Positions 8,730 through 18,961 of a stretch of 61,121 nucleotides of DNA are shown here, piece by piece. The notes beneath the pieces are model-generated. The model saw nothing but the letters and a program-made list of their open reading frames with translations, did no database searches and was not told the origin of the DNA. The DNA comes from Alphaproteobacteria bacterium (GTDB taxonomy: Bacteria; Pseudomonadota; Alphaproteobacteria; Rickettsiales; SXRF01): contig JAGVLW010000013.1 of NCBI GenBank assembly GCA_020054105.1, positions 1-61,121 on the forward strand, given 5' to 3'. The translations under genes were made by a program, and so were the position numbers. The number at the start of each line of letters is the position of its first letter. Within the stretch, counting starts at the first letter, position 1.

Positions 8730-9239
8730 ATGGCCATAGGTGGTTTGCTCGGCTCCCTGTTCGGCCCAATTTTCGGGACGGCGGCGGGCATGATGATCGG
8801 CGGATTCATCGGCAAAAACCGCATGGAAGTCGAGACTACCCAGGGCCGTAAAGTCAGCGATACGCCCTCATTTTGGAATAAGGACACGTTGCTTGGCGGG
8901 CTTATCGGCCTGGTTTCGGGCGGACTGGTGGGAATGGTGATCGCCGCCGCCGGAATAGCGATTGCAGCCTCGGGAGGTCCGATAGCAGGGCTTTCGCTCG
9001 CGGCTGCCGGATTGCTCGCCGGAACCGCGGTGGCGACTTTTGCCGGCGCCGTCATCGGCGGCAAACACGGGCAAAAACGCCTGCTGGACGATTACCGCCA
9101 GGCGGCGTTGCAGGAGCAGCAACGGCAACCGGCAGCGACGCCGGATTTCAGCGTCGAGCTCGATATGCAACCCGGCAAAAGCTTCGCGCAAGACATCGAA
9201 CTTCAGCGCAAGCAAGCGGCAACGCAAAGAACGCTATAA
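8730..9239 (+). CDS. Hypothetical membrane protein with glycine-zipper-like helices; possibly starts at 8673 with an in-frame TAG
   Basis: Two Gly-rich hydrophobic repeats (GGLLGSLFG..., GGLIGLVSGG...). An in-frame upstream ATG at 8673 is separated from it by TAG 8727-8729. Confidence 0.7.
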   Translation: MAIGGLLGSLFGPIFGTAAGMMIGGFIGKNRMEVETTQGRKVSDTPSFWNKDTLLGGLIGLVSGGLVGMVIAAAGIAIAASGGPIAGLSLAAAGLLAGTAVATFAGAVIGGKHGQKRLLDDYRQAALQEQQRQPAATPDFSVELDMQPGKSFAQDIELQRKQAATQRTL

Positions 9240-9240
9240 C

Positions 9241-12150
9241 TCACGCCACCTTCCGGCCCTTTTTCAGCATCGGCTTCAAATATTCGCCGGTGACGCTTTC
9301 CTTGTGTTTGGCGATGTCTTCCGGCGTGCCGCTGGCGACGATCCGGCCGCCTTTATTGCCGCCGCCGGGGCCGATATCTAGTATCCAGTCGGAGGTCTTG
9401 ATGACGTCGAGATTATGCTCGATCACCAGCACCGTGTTGCCGGCATCGACCAGCGTATGCAGCACGCCAAGCAGCTTCTTGATGTCGTCGCTATGCAACC
9501 CGGTGGTCGGCTCGTCGAGAATATAGAGCGTGCGGCCGGTGGCGCGCTTGGACAGTTCCTTGGCAAGCTTGATGCGCTGCGCCTCGCCGCCGGAAAGCGT
9601 CGTCGCCGACTGGCCGATGGCTATATAGCCGAGCCCGACCTCCTGCAGCGCCACGAGCTTTTCGCGGATGGAAGTCTGCGCGGTGAAAAACGCCGCGCCC
9701 TCATCGACGGTCATCGCCAATACTTCGGAAATCGATTTGTCCTTATATTTGATGTCGAGCGTCTCGCGGTTATAGCGTTTGCCGTGGCAGACGTCGCATT
9801 TGACATAGACGTCGGGCAGGAAATGCATCTCGATTTTGATGAGCCCGTCGCCCTGGCAGGCCTCGCAGCGCCCGCCCTTGACGTTGAACGAGAAACGCCC
9901 GGCCTGATAGCCGCGCGCTTTGGCTTCGGGCAGCGCCGCGTACCAGTCGCGGATGGGGGTGAAGGCGCCGGTATAGGTGGCCGGGTTCGAGCGCGGCGTG
10001 CGGCCGATGGGCGACTGGTCGATCTCGATGATCTTGTCGATGAACTCGAGGCCCGAGATGCTGTCATGCGCGCCGGGCATGTCGCGGCTGCCATGCATGC
10101 GTTTGGCGATGGCCTTGTAGAGCGTCTCGATCACCAGCGACGACTTGCCGCCGCCGGACACGCCGGTGACGCAGGTGAAGGTCGCCAGCGGAATCTCGGC
10201 CTTGACGTTTTTGAGGTTGTTGGCGCGCGCGCCGTTGATGACGATTCTTTTTGTCTTGTGAATCGGGCGGCGCGTTTCCGGCACGGCGATGAATTTCGCG
10301 CCGCTTAGATATTGCCCGGTCAGGCTGTTCTTGGTGTTCATCACCTGCTGCGCCGTGCCCTGGGCGACGATATGCCCGCCATGAATGCCGGCGCCGGGGC
10401 CGATATCGATCAGATGGTCGGCATGGCGCATCGTGTCTTCGTCATGCTCAACGACGATTACGGTGTTGCCAAGGTCACGCAGGTGCCGCAGCGTGTGCAA
10501 CAGGCGCGCATTGTCGCATTGATGGAGGCCTATCGATGGTTCATCCAATACATAGAGCACGCCGGAAAGCCCGGAGCCGATCTGCGAGGCGAGGCGGATG
10601 CGCTGCGATTCGCCGCCTGAAAGCGTGCCGGCCTCGCGCGACAGCATCAGGTAATCGAGCCCGACATTCATCAGGAATTTGAGCCGCTCGCAAATTTCCT
10701 TGAGGATCTTCTCGGAAATCTGCTGGTGCTTTTTGGAAAGTTTTTTCTCCAGCCTGGCGAACCAGTCATGCGCGGCGGTGATGGTAAAATGCGTTACCTC
10801 GCCGATATGCAGCCCGTCGATCTTGACGCAAAGCGATTCCGGCTTGAGGCGAAAGCCCTTGCAGGTTTCGCAGGGATGCTCGTTCTGGTATTTGGCGAAT
10901 TCCTCGCGCACATTGTCGCTGGTCAGCTCGCGGTAGCGCCGCTCCAGGTTGGGGATGACGCCCTCGAACGGTTTTTGCACGGTAAAATGGCGCGAGCCGT
11001 CATTATAGGTCATGCGCACTTCTTCGTCGCCGGAGCCGTGGAGAATGATGTGCCGCACTTTTTCCGACAGCTCCTTAAACGGCGTATGCAGGCTGAACTG
11101 AAAATGCTTCGCCAGCGATGCCAGCGCATCCTGGAAAAACCGCGTATTGCCCGCCCACGGCATTCCGCCCCACGGCACGATGGCGCGGTCGGCCAGTGTC
11201 TTATTGCGGTCGGGAATAATCAAGTCGACGTCGAATGCCGATTGCGTTCCCAGCCCGTCGCAGGCCGGGCAGGCGCCATACGGGCTGTTGAAGGAAAACA
11301 GCCGCGGCTCGATCTCCGACAGGGTGAAGCCGCTTACCGGACAGGCAAACTTGCTGGACATGGTGAAGGTAACGGGTAACGGGTTACGGGTTACAGATTT
11401 ATTTTTATCTGTGTCCTGTTTTCCGTTACCTGTTACCTCTACTCGAACCAGTCCTTCTCCCAGCCCCAGCGCCGTCTCGATGGAATCCGCCAGCCGGTTG
11501 CCCAGTTCTTTATTGACCACGATGCGGTCGACGACCACTTCGATTTCGTGTTTCTTGTTTTTATCCAGTGTCGGCAATTCGTCGGCTTCGTAGAGCTTGC
11601 CGTTGATCTTGAAGCGTTGAAAACCCTTCTTTTTAAGCTCGGCGAATTCCTTGCGGTACTCGCCCTTATGGCCGCGCACTACCGGCGCCAGCAGCATGAG
11701 CTTCGTGCCTTCGGGCAATTCCATGACGCGGTCGACCATCTGCGACACGGTCTGGCTCTCGATAGGCAGGCCGGTGGCGGGCGAATAGGGAATGCCGATG
11801 CGGGCATAGAGCAGGCGCAGGTAATCGTAGATTTCGGTGACGGTGCCGACCGTCGAGCGCGGGTTGCGCGAGGTGGTTTTCTGGTCGATGGCAATGGCCG
11901 GCGAAAGCCCGTCGATGGATTCGACGTCGGGCTTGTCCTGGATGTTGAGGAACTGGCGGGCATAAGACGACAGCGACTCGACATAGCGGCGCTGGCCCTC
12001 GGCGTAAATCGTGTCGAACGCCAGGCTGGATTTGCCGGATCCGGACGGGCCGGTGATGACCACCAGCTTGTTGCGCGGAATCTCGACGTCGATATTCTTG
12101 AGGTTATGTTCCTTGGCGCCGCGGATGGTGATGTATTCGTCTTTTTTCAT
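9241..12150 (-). CDS. uvrA: Excinuclease ABC subunit UvrA
   Basis: Two ABC ATPase modules ([18 protein letters not shown]), LSGGESQR and LSGGEAQR signatures, zinc-finger Cys motifs. Confidence 0.98.
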   Translation of the reverse strand: MKKDEYITIRGAKEHNLKNIDVEIPRNKLVVITGPSGSGKSSLAFDTIYAEGQRRYVESLSSYARQFLNIQDKPDVESIDGLSPAIAIDQKTTSRNPRSTVGTVTEIYDYLRLLYARIGIPYSPATGLPIESQTVSQMVDRVMELPEGTKLMLLAPVVRGHKGEYRKEFAELKKKGFQRFKINGKLYEADELPTLDKNKKHEIEVVVDRIVVNKELGNRLADSIETALGLGEGLVRVEVTGNGKQDTDKNKSVTRNPLPVTFTMSSKFACPVSGFTLSEIEPRLFSFNSPYGACPACDGLGTQSAFDVDLIIPDRNKTLADRAIVPWGGMPWAGNTRFFQDALASLAKHFQFSLHTPFKELSEKVRHIILHGSGDEEVRMTYNDGSRHFTVQKPFEGVIPNLERRYRELTSDNVREEFAKYQNEHPCETCKGFRLKPESLCVKIDGLHIGEVTHFTITAAHDWFARLEKKLSKKHQQISEKILKEICERLKFLMNVGLDYLMLSREAGTLSGGESQRIRLASQIGSGLSGVLYVLDEPSIGLHQCDNARLLHTLRHLRDLGNTVIVVEHDEDTMRHADHLIDIGPGAGIHGGHIVAQGTAQQVMNTKNSLTGQYLSGAKFIAVPETRRPIHKTKRIVINGARANNLKNVKAEIPLATFTCVTGVSGGGKSSLVIETLYKAIAKRMHGSRDMPGAHDSISGLEFIDKIIEIDQSPIGRTPRSNPATYTGAFTPIRDWYAALPEAKARGYQAGRFSFNVKGGRCEACQGDGLIKIEMHFLPDVYVKCDVCHGKRYNRETLDIKYKDKSISEVLAMTVDEGAAFFTAQTSIREKLVALQEVGLGYIAIGQSATTLSGGEAQRIKLAKELSKRATGRTLYILDEPTTGLHSDDIKKLLGVLHTLVDAGNTVLVIEHNLDVIKTSDWILDIGPGGGNKGGRIVASGTPEDIAKHKESVTGEYLKPMLKKGRKVA
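11368..11437. repeat. In-frame heptamer palindromic element inside uvrA (GGTAACR family)
   Basis: 70 nt: a 29-nt arm of 4 heptamers, a 12-nt AT-rich loop, and an inverted 29-nt arm. Encodes [23 protein letters not shown]. Confidence 0.85.
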
Positions 12151-12257
12151 GGATTCCCTTGTTTTTTTAAAGCGGCGGATGGTATCAAATAATCGCTGGC
12201 GTGTAACGTACTTTTACGCTTATATGGTGCGGAATTAATATTTTTTAAAGAGATCTA

Positions 12258-12704
12258 ATGCCGCCCACCGCCGCCATAGACAGAAACAGCATTATCGCTG
12301 AGCTAAGAACGCGCGGCAGGCAGCTTGGCCGTGAGGGAATGACCCTCCTGATTAATAAGGCAGGAGTAAGCGGCGGCGATCCAGGTTCTGAAATGCCGCC
12401 CGTCAATCATCAGGCAGGCGAGTTTGGAAGCTTTGAAATGTCCTGGCCTTTGGCGGGCGGCGGTTTGCCGGAAATGATTAGAGACTACCTGATGCAGGAA
12501 GGAATCATTACCAGCACCGTAGCCGCTACCAGCTACACTGGCCGTACGGCTTGCCTGCAGTTAAGCAGCCCGCAACAGGTTGCGGCGGTGAAGGCATTAT
12601 TTGAAGAGGCGGGGTTCTGGGAACATATCGCCATGGTGGATATTAACAGGTCGCGCATCCCCAACCTGCTTGAGAATCCCTTTGCCAGCAAAGCGAGAAA
12701 ATAA
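12258..12704 (+). CDS. Hypothetical protein
   Basis: 148 aa orphan between uvrA and ssb. No recognisable motif. Confidence 0.6.
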   Translation: MPPTAAIDRNSIIAELRTRGRQLGREGMTLLINKAGVSGGDPGSEMPPVNHQAGEFGSFEMSWPLAGGGLPEMIRDYLMQEGIITSTVAATSYTGRTACLQLSSPQQVAAVKALFEEAGFWEHIAMVDINRSRIPNLLENPFASKARK

Positions 12705-12743
12705 TACAACAACCGATACGATTAACCTAAGAGAGGACATAAT

Positions 12744-13202
12744 ATGGCAGGCAGCGTAAATAAAGTGATTCTGGTGGGAAATCTGGGACGCGACCCGGAA
12801 GTGCGCTCAACGCAAGACGGCCGCGAAATCGCCAACCTGGCGATCGCCACCTCGGAATCGTGGAAAGATAAAAGCACCGGCGAGCGCAAGGAAAAAACCG
12901 AGTGGCACCGCGTGGTGATCTTCTCGGAAGGGCTGGTTGGCATCGCCAAGAATTACCTGAAAAAAGGCTCGAAAGTCTATGTTGAAGGCCAGCTGCAAAC
13001 GCGCAAATGGACCGACAAGGAAGGCCAGGAGAAATATTCCACGGAAGTGGTGCTGCAAGGCTTCGGCGCGACGTTGACCATGCTCGATAGCAAAGGCAGC
13101 AGCGGTGGCAGCAACGATAATGCGAGCTACAACCAGGACCGCGCCCCGGCGCCCGCTTCCAAACCCGCCGCCGAACTGCTCGACGACGAGATTCCGTTTT
13201 AG
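12744..13202 (+). CDS. ssb: Single-stranded DNA-binding protein
   Basis: [30 protein letters not shown] and C-terminal DDEIPF. Confidence 0.98.
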   Translation: MAGSVNKVILVGNLGRDPEVRSTQDGREIANLAIATSESWKDKSTGERKEKTEWHRVVIFSEGLVGIAKNYLKKGSKVYVEGQLQTRKWTDKEGQEKYSTEVVLQGFGATLTMLDSKGSSGGSNDNASYNQDRAPAPASKPAAELLDDEIPF

Positions 13203-13220
13203 TCTCTTTTTCGCCGGATT

Positions 13221-13997
13221 ATGAGCATCATCACGGATGTAAGAACGCTGGCGATCATGCTATCCGCCTTTGTTCTGGCCGTGCTATGCATTTTGCCCGG
13301 CACGCGTGAGATTTTTCCTTTCTGGCTTATCGCTTCGGGTATGCATATCGCAGGCACGCTGTTTCACGAGCTGGGGCATAGCCTGTTTTTCTGGCTGGCG
13401 GGCATGCCATCTATTCCCATGATTTTTACGCTCTTCGGCGCCGACCAGGCTGGCGGCATGGCCATGACGTTTGAGCGCAGCTGGCTGTTGCAATGGCTGA
13501 TGTTCGCGGCGCTCGGCGGTTTCTGTTACTGGATAAGGCATCATTGGGAGCGCATGTTCATTCCCGCCGTGCTTTTCTCGCTCGTCGTCGCGGCGCTGGC
13601 CTTTACGCCGTACTACAAGGTGCTGCCGCTTTTCATGGGCCATGGCAGCGCGATTGTCATGGGCGGATTTTTCCTGTTCAGGGCGTGGATTTACCTCGAT
13701 GCGAGAAACGCTTTCGAGCGTTGGCTGAACGCATTTTTCGGCGCGTTCCTGGTATTATACAACATGCATTTCAGCTATAAGCTCATCGCCGAAGACGGCG
13801 CGCTGGCGCGTTACAGCGAGCATGTGGCGTTCGGCATCGGCCATAATGACTTTGTGAAAATAACCCACATTCTTCCTGTAAGTGTCCAGGGCGTCGCCGC
13901 CATCGCCATCTGCTTATGTCTGGCGGCGCTTGTGTTGTCAGCATGGTTGGCCGTGTTGCTGCGCAACGATTTCCCCGACAGCTACGAAACGCTTTAG
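13221..13997 (+). CDS. Membrane metallopeptidase, M50-like
   Basis: HELGH zinc motif within a TM segment, several TM helices, and a distal NDF motif. Confidence 0.6.
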   Translation: MSIITDVRTLAIMLSAFVLAVLCILPGTREIFPFWLIASGMHIAGTLFHELGHSLFFWLAGMPSIPMIFTLFGADQAGGMAMTFERSWLLQWLMFAALGGFCYWIRHHWERMFIPAVLFSLVVAALAFTPYYKVLPLFMGHGSAIVMGGFFLFRAWIYLDARNAFERWLNAFFGAFLVLYNMHFSYKLIAEDGALARYSEHVAFGIGHNDFVKITHILPVSVQGVAAIAICLCLAALVLSAWLAVLLRNDFPDSYETL

Positions 13998-14461
13998 CGG
14001 TAGATGACTACCGTTCCAGCGATGTAATCGTGCAGCGCGCGTTTCCTGGGCGTAAAAGCCGCCATCACATAGCCCATCAATAAAATGAGAGTTGAAATGA
14101 GATGCCCAACCTCTCTAAAAATTGCTCGAAACAGCCCGACTCTCTCGTAATCTTTAGTGGCCACCATGATGCCTACCACCTTTTTGCCGAGCGTGCCCTG
14201 CATTGGGGAAGCTGTGAGGATAATGTTGTAAAGAATAAACAGAAGAGAAAACAATAAATTGATGAGGCTGTCGTCTTCCTTCGCAGTATCATTTTCCAAG
14301 CTTGCAGTCATTTCCTGCACAAAAGCAGCATCCGGGAATAATTTAATAATCAAGACGAAGAAAATAGTTCCCATGACTAGTAAAAAAATACCGTCCAGTA
14401 TCACGGCGGCTAATCTGATCCAAAAGCCCGCAGGGCGTGGCTGATACATAGTTGCATTCAT
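13994..14461 (-). CDS. RDD family membrane protein
   Basis: AGFWIRLAAVILD, GTLGKKVVGI, RAIFRE and ALHDYIAGTVV signatures. Confidence 0.9.
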   Translation of the reverse strand: MNATMYQPRPAGFWIRLAAVILDGIFLLVMGTIFFVLIIKLFPDAAFVQEMTASLENDTAKEDDSLINLLFSLLFILYNIILTASPMQGTLGKKVVGIMVATKDYERVGLFRAIFREVGHLISTLILLMGYVMAAFTPRKRALHDYIAGTVVIYR

Positions 14462-14570
14462 GGCAAACCCTTTCCATTGGTTATCGGATTTTCCGATTTA
14501 TAACAGCAAGGTATTGAGAAAGATTTAATGATTGCGGGCAGCGGTTACGCGCGTTCCTTAAGATGGACGG

Positions 14571-15122
14571 TCACGTCCTGCCGCGCTCGGCGAAGATCAT
14601 GGAAGATTGGCGGGCGCTTTGCCTGCAGATGTCTTTTATCGCCTGGACGGCGCCGTCTATGTGTTTGTTTTCGATGCTGTAGGTAAATACATAACGGCCG
14701 CCGAAGTAGTCTTTCATTTTCTCTTTGTCGAATGTCTGATTGAACCCTTCGCCATCCTCCGTTCGCCTGACTGCCTTCAATTGCCGTTTTTCCGCATTTT
14801 CAAACAGCTCATAGGCGCTATCGAGTGTGGAAGCGACGATACGAACGCCGTTTTTTATAAAAATCTGATCGAGCTGCTCTTTAAGTTGTGCCCTGTCTAA
14901 TGGCGCAAGATCTTCTTCCGCCAACGGCTGCACTTCTATTTTTATAGTAAAGATGGGCTTTTTTTTAAGTTCTTCTTTATTGATCGTGATTTCTACGTCT
15001 TCTTTTCCACCATCCTGAGAACGACGAACAACCTGCGTCCATTTCCGGTCTAAGAAACCCTTATTATTGACGACGCCACATTCAATGTCGCAATAGCAGT
15101 CGAAAAGCAGCATGGGAATCAA
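14571..15122 (-). CDS. Hypothetical protein
   Basis: About 180 aa orphan coupled to the upstream hydrolase (start TTG 15122 or ATG 15113). C-terminus FAERGRT. Confidence 0.6.
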   Translation of the reverse strand: MIPMLLFDCYCDIECGVVNNKGFLDRKWTQVVRRSQDGGKEDVEITINKEELKKKPIFTIKIEVQPLAEEDLAPLDRAQLKEQLDQIFIKNGVRIVASTLDSAYELFENAEKRQLKAVRRTEDGEGFNQTFDKEKMKDYFGGRYVFTYSIENKHIDGAVQAIKDICRQSARQSSMIFAERGRT

Positions 15123-15805
15123 TCTCTCGGCAGCTGCCGGCGTTTGCGGTCGGGGCGAACTTTGCGTTTCTGCTTGAAGTCGGCCAGGCGCTTGCCGACA
15201 TACTCGCTGACGACGTTGCCCATATCTTCCTCGACGCCGCGATAGTAATGATCGGCGCCGGCGATGAGCTGATAGTCGACCTGCGTGCCGAGCTTATGGG
15301 CGAGCTTGCTGACCACTTCTTCCGAAACTACATCGTCCTTATCGCCCTGGGTGATGAGGCCGGCGGCGGGGCAGGGGGAGAGAAAAGAAAAATCATAGAG
15401 ATTAGCGGGCGGCGAAACGGCGACGAAGCCTTCCAGTTCGGGGCGGCGCATCAGCAGTTGCAGCGAGATCCAGGCGCCGAAAGAAAATCCGGCGATCCAG
15501 CAGGTGGGCGCATCGGGATTTTGTTGTTGCAGCCAGTCCAGCGCGGTGGCCGCATCCGACAGCTCGCCGACGCCTTCGTCGTATTTTCCCTGCGATTTGC
15601 CGACGCCGCGGAAATTGAACCGCAGCACGGAAAAGCCGTTCTGGGCAAAAATATGATAGAGCCGGTAAACCAGCTTGTTATTCATGGTGCCGCCGTAAAG
15701 CGGGTGGGGATGCAGCACCAGCACGATCGGCGCGCCTTTATGATCGCTATGGTGATAACGGCCTTCGATGCGGCCTTCGGAACCGTTAATAATGATTTCT
15801 GGCAT
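15119..15805 (-). CDS. Alpha/beta hydrolase (isc-associated family)
   Basis: HPHPLYGGTMNN, RFNFRGVG, nucleophile elbow GFSFG, and GADHY. Divergent from cysE-iscR, as usual in alphaproteobacteria. Confidence 0.9.
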   Translation of the reverse strand: MPEIIINGSEGRIEGRYHHSDHKGAPIVLVLHPHPLYGGTMNNKLVYRLYHIFAQNGFSVLRFNFRGVGKSQGKYDEGVGELSDAATALDWLQQQNPDAPTCWIAGFSFGAWISLQLLMRRPELEGFVAVSPPANLYDFSFLSPCPAAGLITQGDKDDVVSEEVVSKLAHKLGTQVDYQLIAGADHYYRGVEEDMGNVVSEYVGKRLADFKQKRKVRPDRKRRQLPRD

Positions 15806-15865
15806 GGTGTGTACGTTTTTTACTTGTAATAGGAACGTTTACATTGATCGGAATGGCGCGATATA

Positions 15866-15890
15866 TTACCCTGACCTATCAATTAGGTGC
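15866..15890. promoter_or_regulatory. Possible IscR/Rrf2 operator upstream of cysE-iscR
   Basis: TTACCCTGACCTATCAATTAGGTGC contains the imperfect dyad ACCTA..TAGGT and resembles type-1 IscR sites. Resemblance only. Confidence 0.3.
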
Positions 15891-15915
15891 GTAGTTATAT
15901 TGAATTTGGTGGTCA

Positions 15916-16611
15916 ATGTTCAAGAGAATAATAGATGACGTCGATTCCGTTTTCGCCCGCGACCCGGCCGCCCGCTCGCGCCTGGAAATATTCCTGTGCT
16001 ATCCCGGCATCCACGCGCTAATATTTCATAGATTATCCAATTGGTTATGGAGGGGTGGCTTCAGGCTGTTCGGCCGGTTTATTTCCGGCATCGGCCGTTT
16101 TCTGACCGGCATCGAGATTCATCCCGGCGCGTCCATCGGCCGGCGATTTTTCATCGATCACGGCATGGGGGTGGTCATCGGCGAAACCTCGACCATCGGC
16201 GACGACGTTACCATTTATCATGGCGTGACGCTGGGCGGGACGTCGCTGCGCAAGGAAGTCCGCCATCCGCAGATCGGTAACGGCGTCATTATCGGGGCGG
16301 GGGCGAAACTGCTCGGGCCGATAAAGATCGGCGATTTCGCGCGGATCGGCAGCAATGCCGTGGTGGTCAAGGACGTGGAGCCCGACCAGACGGTGGTGGG
16401 CGTGCCGGCGCGCGCCGTGACCGCCCAAAGCGCCGTCCACGATCATGGGTTCGAGCCTTACGCCGCCTCGCCGGGCGAGGATACCGACCCGATGTTTAAA
16501 ATCATCAGCCAGATGCAGCAAACGGTCGACCTGTTGCAGCGGCGCGTGACGGAACTGGAAGGCGACGACGCCTCGCTGCTTGACAGCGCCAGAAAATGGG
16601 AACCCAAATGA
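15916..16611 (+). CDS. cysE: Serine O-acetyltransferase
   Basis: [32 protein letters not shown] and hexapeptide repeats. Confidence 0.95.
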   Translation: MFKRIIDDVDSVFARDPAARSRLEIFLCYPGIHALIFHRLSNWLWRGGFRLFGRFISGIGRFLTGIEIHPGASIGRRFFIDHGMGVVIGETSTIGDDVTIYHGVTLGGTSLRKEVRHPQIGNGVIIGAGAKLLGPIKIGDFARIGSNAVVVKDVEPDQTVVGVPARAVTAQSAVHDHGFEPYAASPGEDTDPMFKIISQMQQTVDLLQRRVTELEGDDASLLDSARKWEPK

Positions 16612-17075
16612 TATTAGGAACCAAAGCGCGTTACGCGGTCATGGCCATGGTCGAGCTGGCCGGGCGCGATCCCGAAAAACCGGTGACGCTGGCGCAACTG
16701 GCCCTGTCGCAGGAAATCACCGTGCCCTATCTCGAGCAGATTTTCAGCAAATTGAAACATCGCGGGTTGGTCGTTTCGGTGCGTGGGCCGGGCGGCGACT
16801 ATGTGCTGGCGCATAGCGCCGACGATACCCGCATTTCCGACATTATCGAAGCGGTGGAAGAGCCGATCAAGATGACGCGCTGCGAGAACCATGCGGGCGA
16901 GGGTTGCCTGAGCAAAAAAACGCGCTGCCTGACGCACGATTTATGGGATGGGCTAGGCAAGCAAATTTACGGCTATCTGCACGGCATTTCTCTGGCCGAC
17001 GTGCGCAGCGGCAAGCTTAAGTCAGGCCGAGTTCCCGATTTTCAAGCGGCGCGGCCGTCATCGTCTCCAGCGTAG
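16608..17075 (+). CDS. iscR: Rrf2 family Fe-S cluster regulator (IscR-like)
   Basis: ATG 16608 overlaps the cysE stop (ATGA). [23 protein letters not shown] and Cys/His ligands C..C..CLTH are present. Confidence 0.85.
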   Translation: MILGTKARYAVMAMVELAGRDPEKPVTLAQLALSQEITVPYLEQIFSKLKHRGLVVSVRGPGGDYVLAHSADDTRISDIIEAVEEPIKMTRCENHAGEGCLSKKTRCLTHDLWDGLGKQIYGYLHGISLADVRSGKLKSGRVPDFQAARPSSSPA

Positions 17076-17727
17076 AGAAAAAAAACGTCTGGTAAAGCCT
17101 GCCGTCGGTAATTTCGCTGCCCCAGCCCGCCGCGCCGCTATGCGGAACGCTGCCGCGATGCAGGATCAGCCGGTTATAGACGTTGGCGTAGCTATCGACC
17201 AATTGCCAGTTTTCCTTGGGCGTAAACCGCTCTTCGTTATTGCCCGATTTATTTTGCCAGGTGAACAGGCCGGTATTATGCGGCGCATGTTTATTGAGAT
17301 AAATAATCCCCGCCCAGCCATCGGCGCCCGCTGCGTTCCACGGATCACCTTCGGTGTGATTATGCACCGCTTCGCCCAGCTCTTGCGGATGGTGTTTGAC
17401 ATGGAAAGCGCAGTTCCACCAGGCGCTGCGCGGCTGTTTCTCATAGCCGGGGGCGGGCAGCCCCAGCGCATCGGTCGGAAAGCTCAGCTGCCATTTTTTC
17501 AGGTCGATGCGCTCGCCGGTGAGGAATTCGAGCTTGGCGATAAGCGCCTCCGACGATTTAAACGGGCATTGGGTTGCTTCCTTGAACCGGCTGGTGCGCC
17601 ATAAGATAGTATTTGGATTGTTGGGGGATTTATTGTACGGGGTACAATAATTTTGCGTCATGGCGTAGCGCGCCACCGCGTCGGGCTCGGCATAAAAATC
17701 GTCGGCAATGATGATGTTTCGTTTCAT
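17017..17727 (-). CDS. 2OG-Fe(II) oxygenase superfamily protein (DUF6445-like)
   Basis: IIIADDFYAEPDAV, H-T-E metal motif, WAGIIYLN, NVYNRLILHRG..PH, and RLYQTFFF. Confidence 0.7.
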   Translation of the reverse strand: MKRNIIIADDFYAEPDAVARYAMTQNYCTPYNKSPNNPNTILWRTSRFKEATQCPFKSSEALIAKLEFLTGERIDLKKWQLSFPTDALGLPAPGYEKQPRSAWWNCAFHVKHHPQELGEAVHNHTEGDPWNAAGADGWAGIIYLNKHAPHNTGLFTWQNKSGNNEERFTPKENWQLVDSYANVYNRLILHRGSVPHSGAAGWGSEITDGRLYQTFFFSTLETMTAAPLENRELGLT

Positions 17728-17769
17728 GACTATGTTCTATATAATAACCCGTTTGGATTTGAAATCACA

Positions 17770-18930
17770 ATGAGCAGCCCGATCTATCTCGACTATAACG
17801 CCACCGCACCCGTTCGCCCCGAGGTGCTGGCCGCCATGCACGAAATCTTGCAGCAACCGGCGAACCCGTCCTCGGTGCATCGTTTTGGCCGGGAAGCGAA
17901 GAAACACCTGGAAAACGCCAGAAAAACCATCGCCGATGCCGTCAGCGCCTTTGTCAACGAGGTCATTCTCACCGCCTCCGCCACCGAGGCGAATGCCCTG
18001 GCGCTGCGTGGGTTTCCTGGACGGCGCGTGCTGGTAAGCGCGGTGGAGCATAGTTCGGTACTTAAGGTAACGGGAAGCAGGAAACAGGACACGGAAAATG
18101 CATCATCACCTGTAACCTGCAATCTGTTACCTGTTACCTCGTTCGGCGTCGTTGATCTGAATGCGCTCAGGTTAATGCTTTCCGAAAACACGCAGCCGGC
18201 ATTGGTCTCGGTGATGCTGGCCAATAACGAAACCGGCGTTATACAGCCGATTGCCGAACTGGCGGCCATTTGCAAAAAATATGATGCGCTGCTGCATTGC
18301 GACGCCGTGCAGGGCTTGGGAAAAATCCCGGTAGATTTCGGGTTGCTCGGTTGCGATATGATGACGATTTCGCCTCATAAATGCGGCGGGCCGGTGGGCG
18401 CGGCAGCGTTGGTCATTAAGCAAAACCTGGCGATTGCGTCCTTGCTTACCGGCGGCGGCCAAGAGCTTGGACGACGGGCGGGAACGGAAAATTTGGCTGC
18501 CATTATCGGCTTCGCCAGGTCGGTTCAGTTAACTGACTTATCGCATATGAAACGCCTGCGCGGCTGGCTGGATGCGATGGAAACAGCCGTTGCCTCACAA
18601 GGCGGCATCGTATTCGGCAAAGCCGTTTCCCGCCTGCCCAATACCAGTTGTATCGCCATGCCGGGCGTGTCAAGCGAAGTTCAGCTGATGAATTTCGACC
18701 TTCAGAACATCGCCATTTCCGCCGGTTCCGCCTGCTCATCGGGAAGAATCGAGGTTTCCCATGTGCTTGCCGCCATGTGCATAGATAAGGGGTTGGCCGG
18801 CAGCGCTATTCGTGTCAGCGGCGGCTGGCAAACCACTCAGGAACATGTTAAAATATTTAGTGAAAACTGGCAAAACACCTATGCCAGGCTGGGAAAAGCT
18901 GATATAAGAATTTCCTCGGCTAATAGTTGA
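17770..18930 (+). CDS. Cysteine desulfurase family protein (NifS/IscS paralog)
   Basis: Start at MSSPIYLDYNAT. NNETG, DAVQ, PLP lysine in SPHKCGGP, catalytic SAGSACSSG. Confidence 0.92.
   Translation: MSSPIYLDYNATAPVRPEVLAAMHEILQQPANPSSVHRFGREAKKHLENARKTIADAVSAFVNEVILTASATEANALALRGFPGRRVLVSAVEHSSVLKVTGSRKQDTENASSPVTCNLLPVTSFGVVDLNALRLMLSENTQPALVSVMLANNETGVIQPIAELAAICKKYDALLHCDAVQGLGKIPVDFGLLGCDMMTISPHKCGGPVGAAALVIKQNLAIASLLTGGGQELGRRAGTENLAAIIGFARSVQLTDLSHMKRLRGWLDAMETAVASQGGIVFGKAVSRLPNTSCIAMPGVSSEVQLMNFDLQNIAISAGSACSSGRIEVSHVLAAMCIDKGLAGSAIRVSGGWQTTQEHVKIFSENWQNTYARLGKADIRISSANS
18066..18138. repeat. In-frame heptamer palindromic element inside the cysteine desulfurase gene (GGTAACR family)
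   Basis: 73 nt: two 29-nt inverted arms of 4 heptamers and a 15-nt loop. Encodes VTGSRKQDTENASSPVTCNLLPVT. Confidence 0.85.
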
Positions 18931-18961
18931 TTAAATTACTCGGACATACTATATTATTATC

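Noticed and set aside
17330-17380. Altered HxH metal motif in the 2OG-Fe(II) oxygenase
   Set aside because: VHNHTE can be read as a canonical H-T-E motif, so there is no need to propose a halogenase-like variant.
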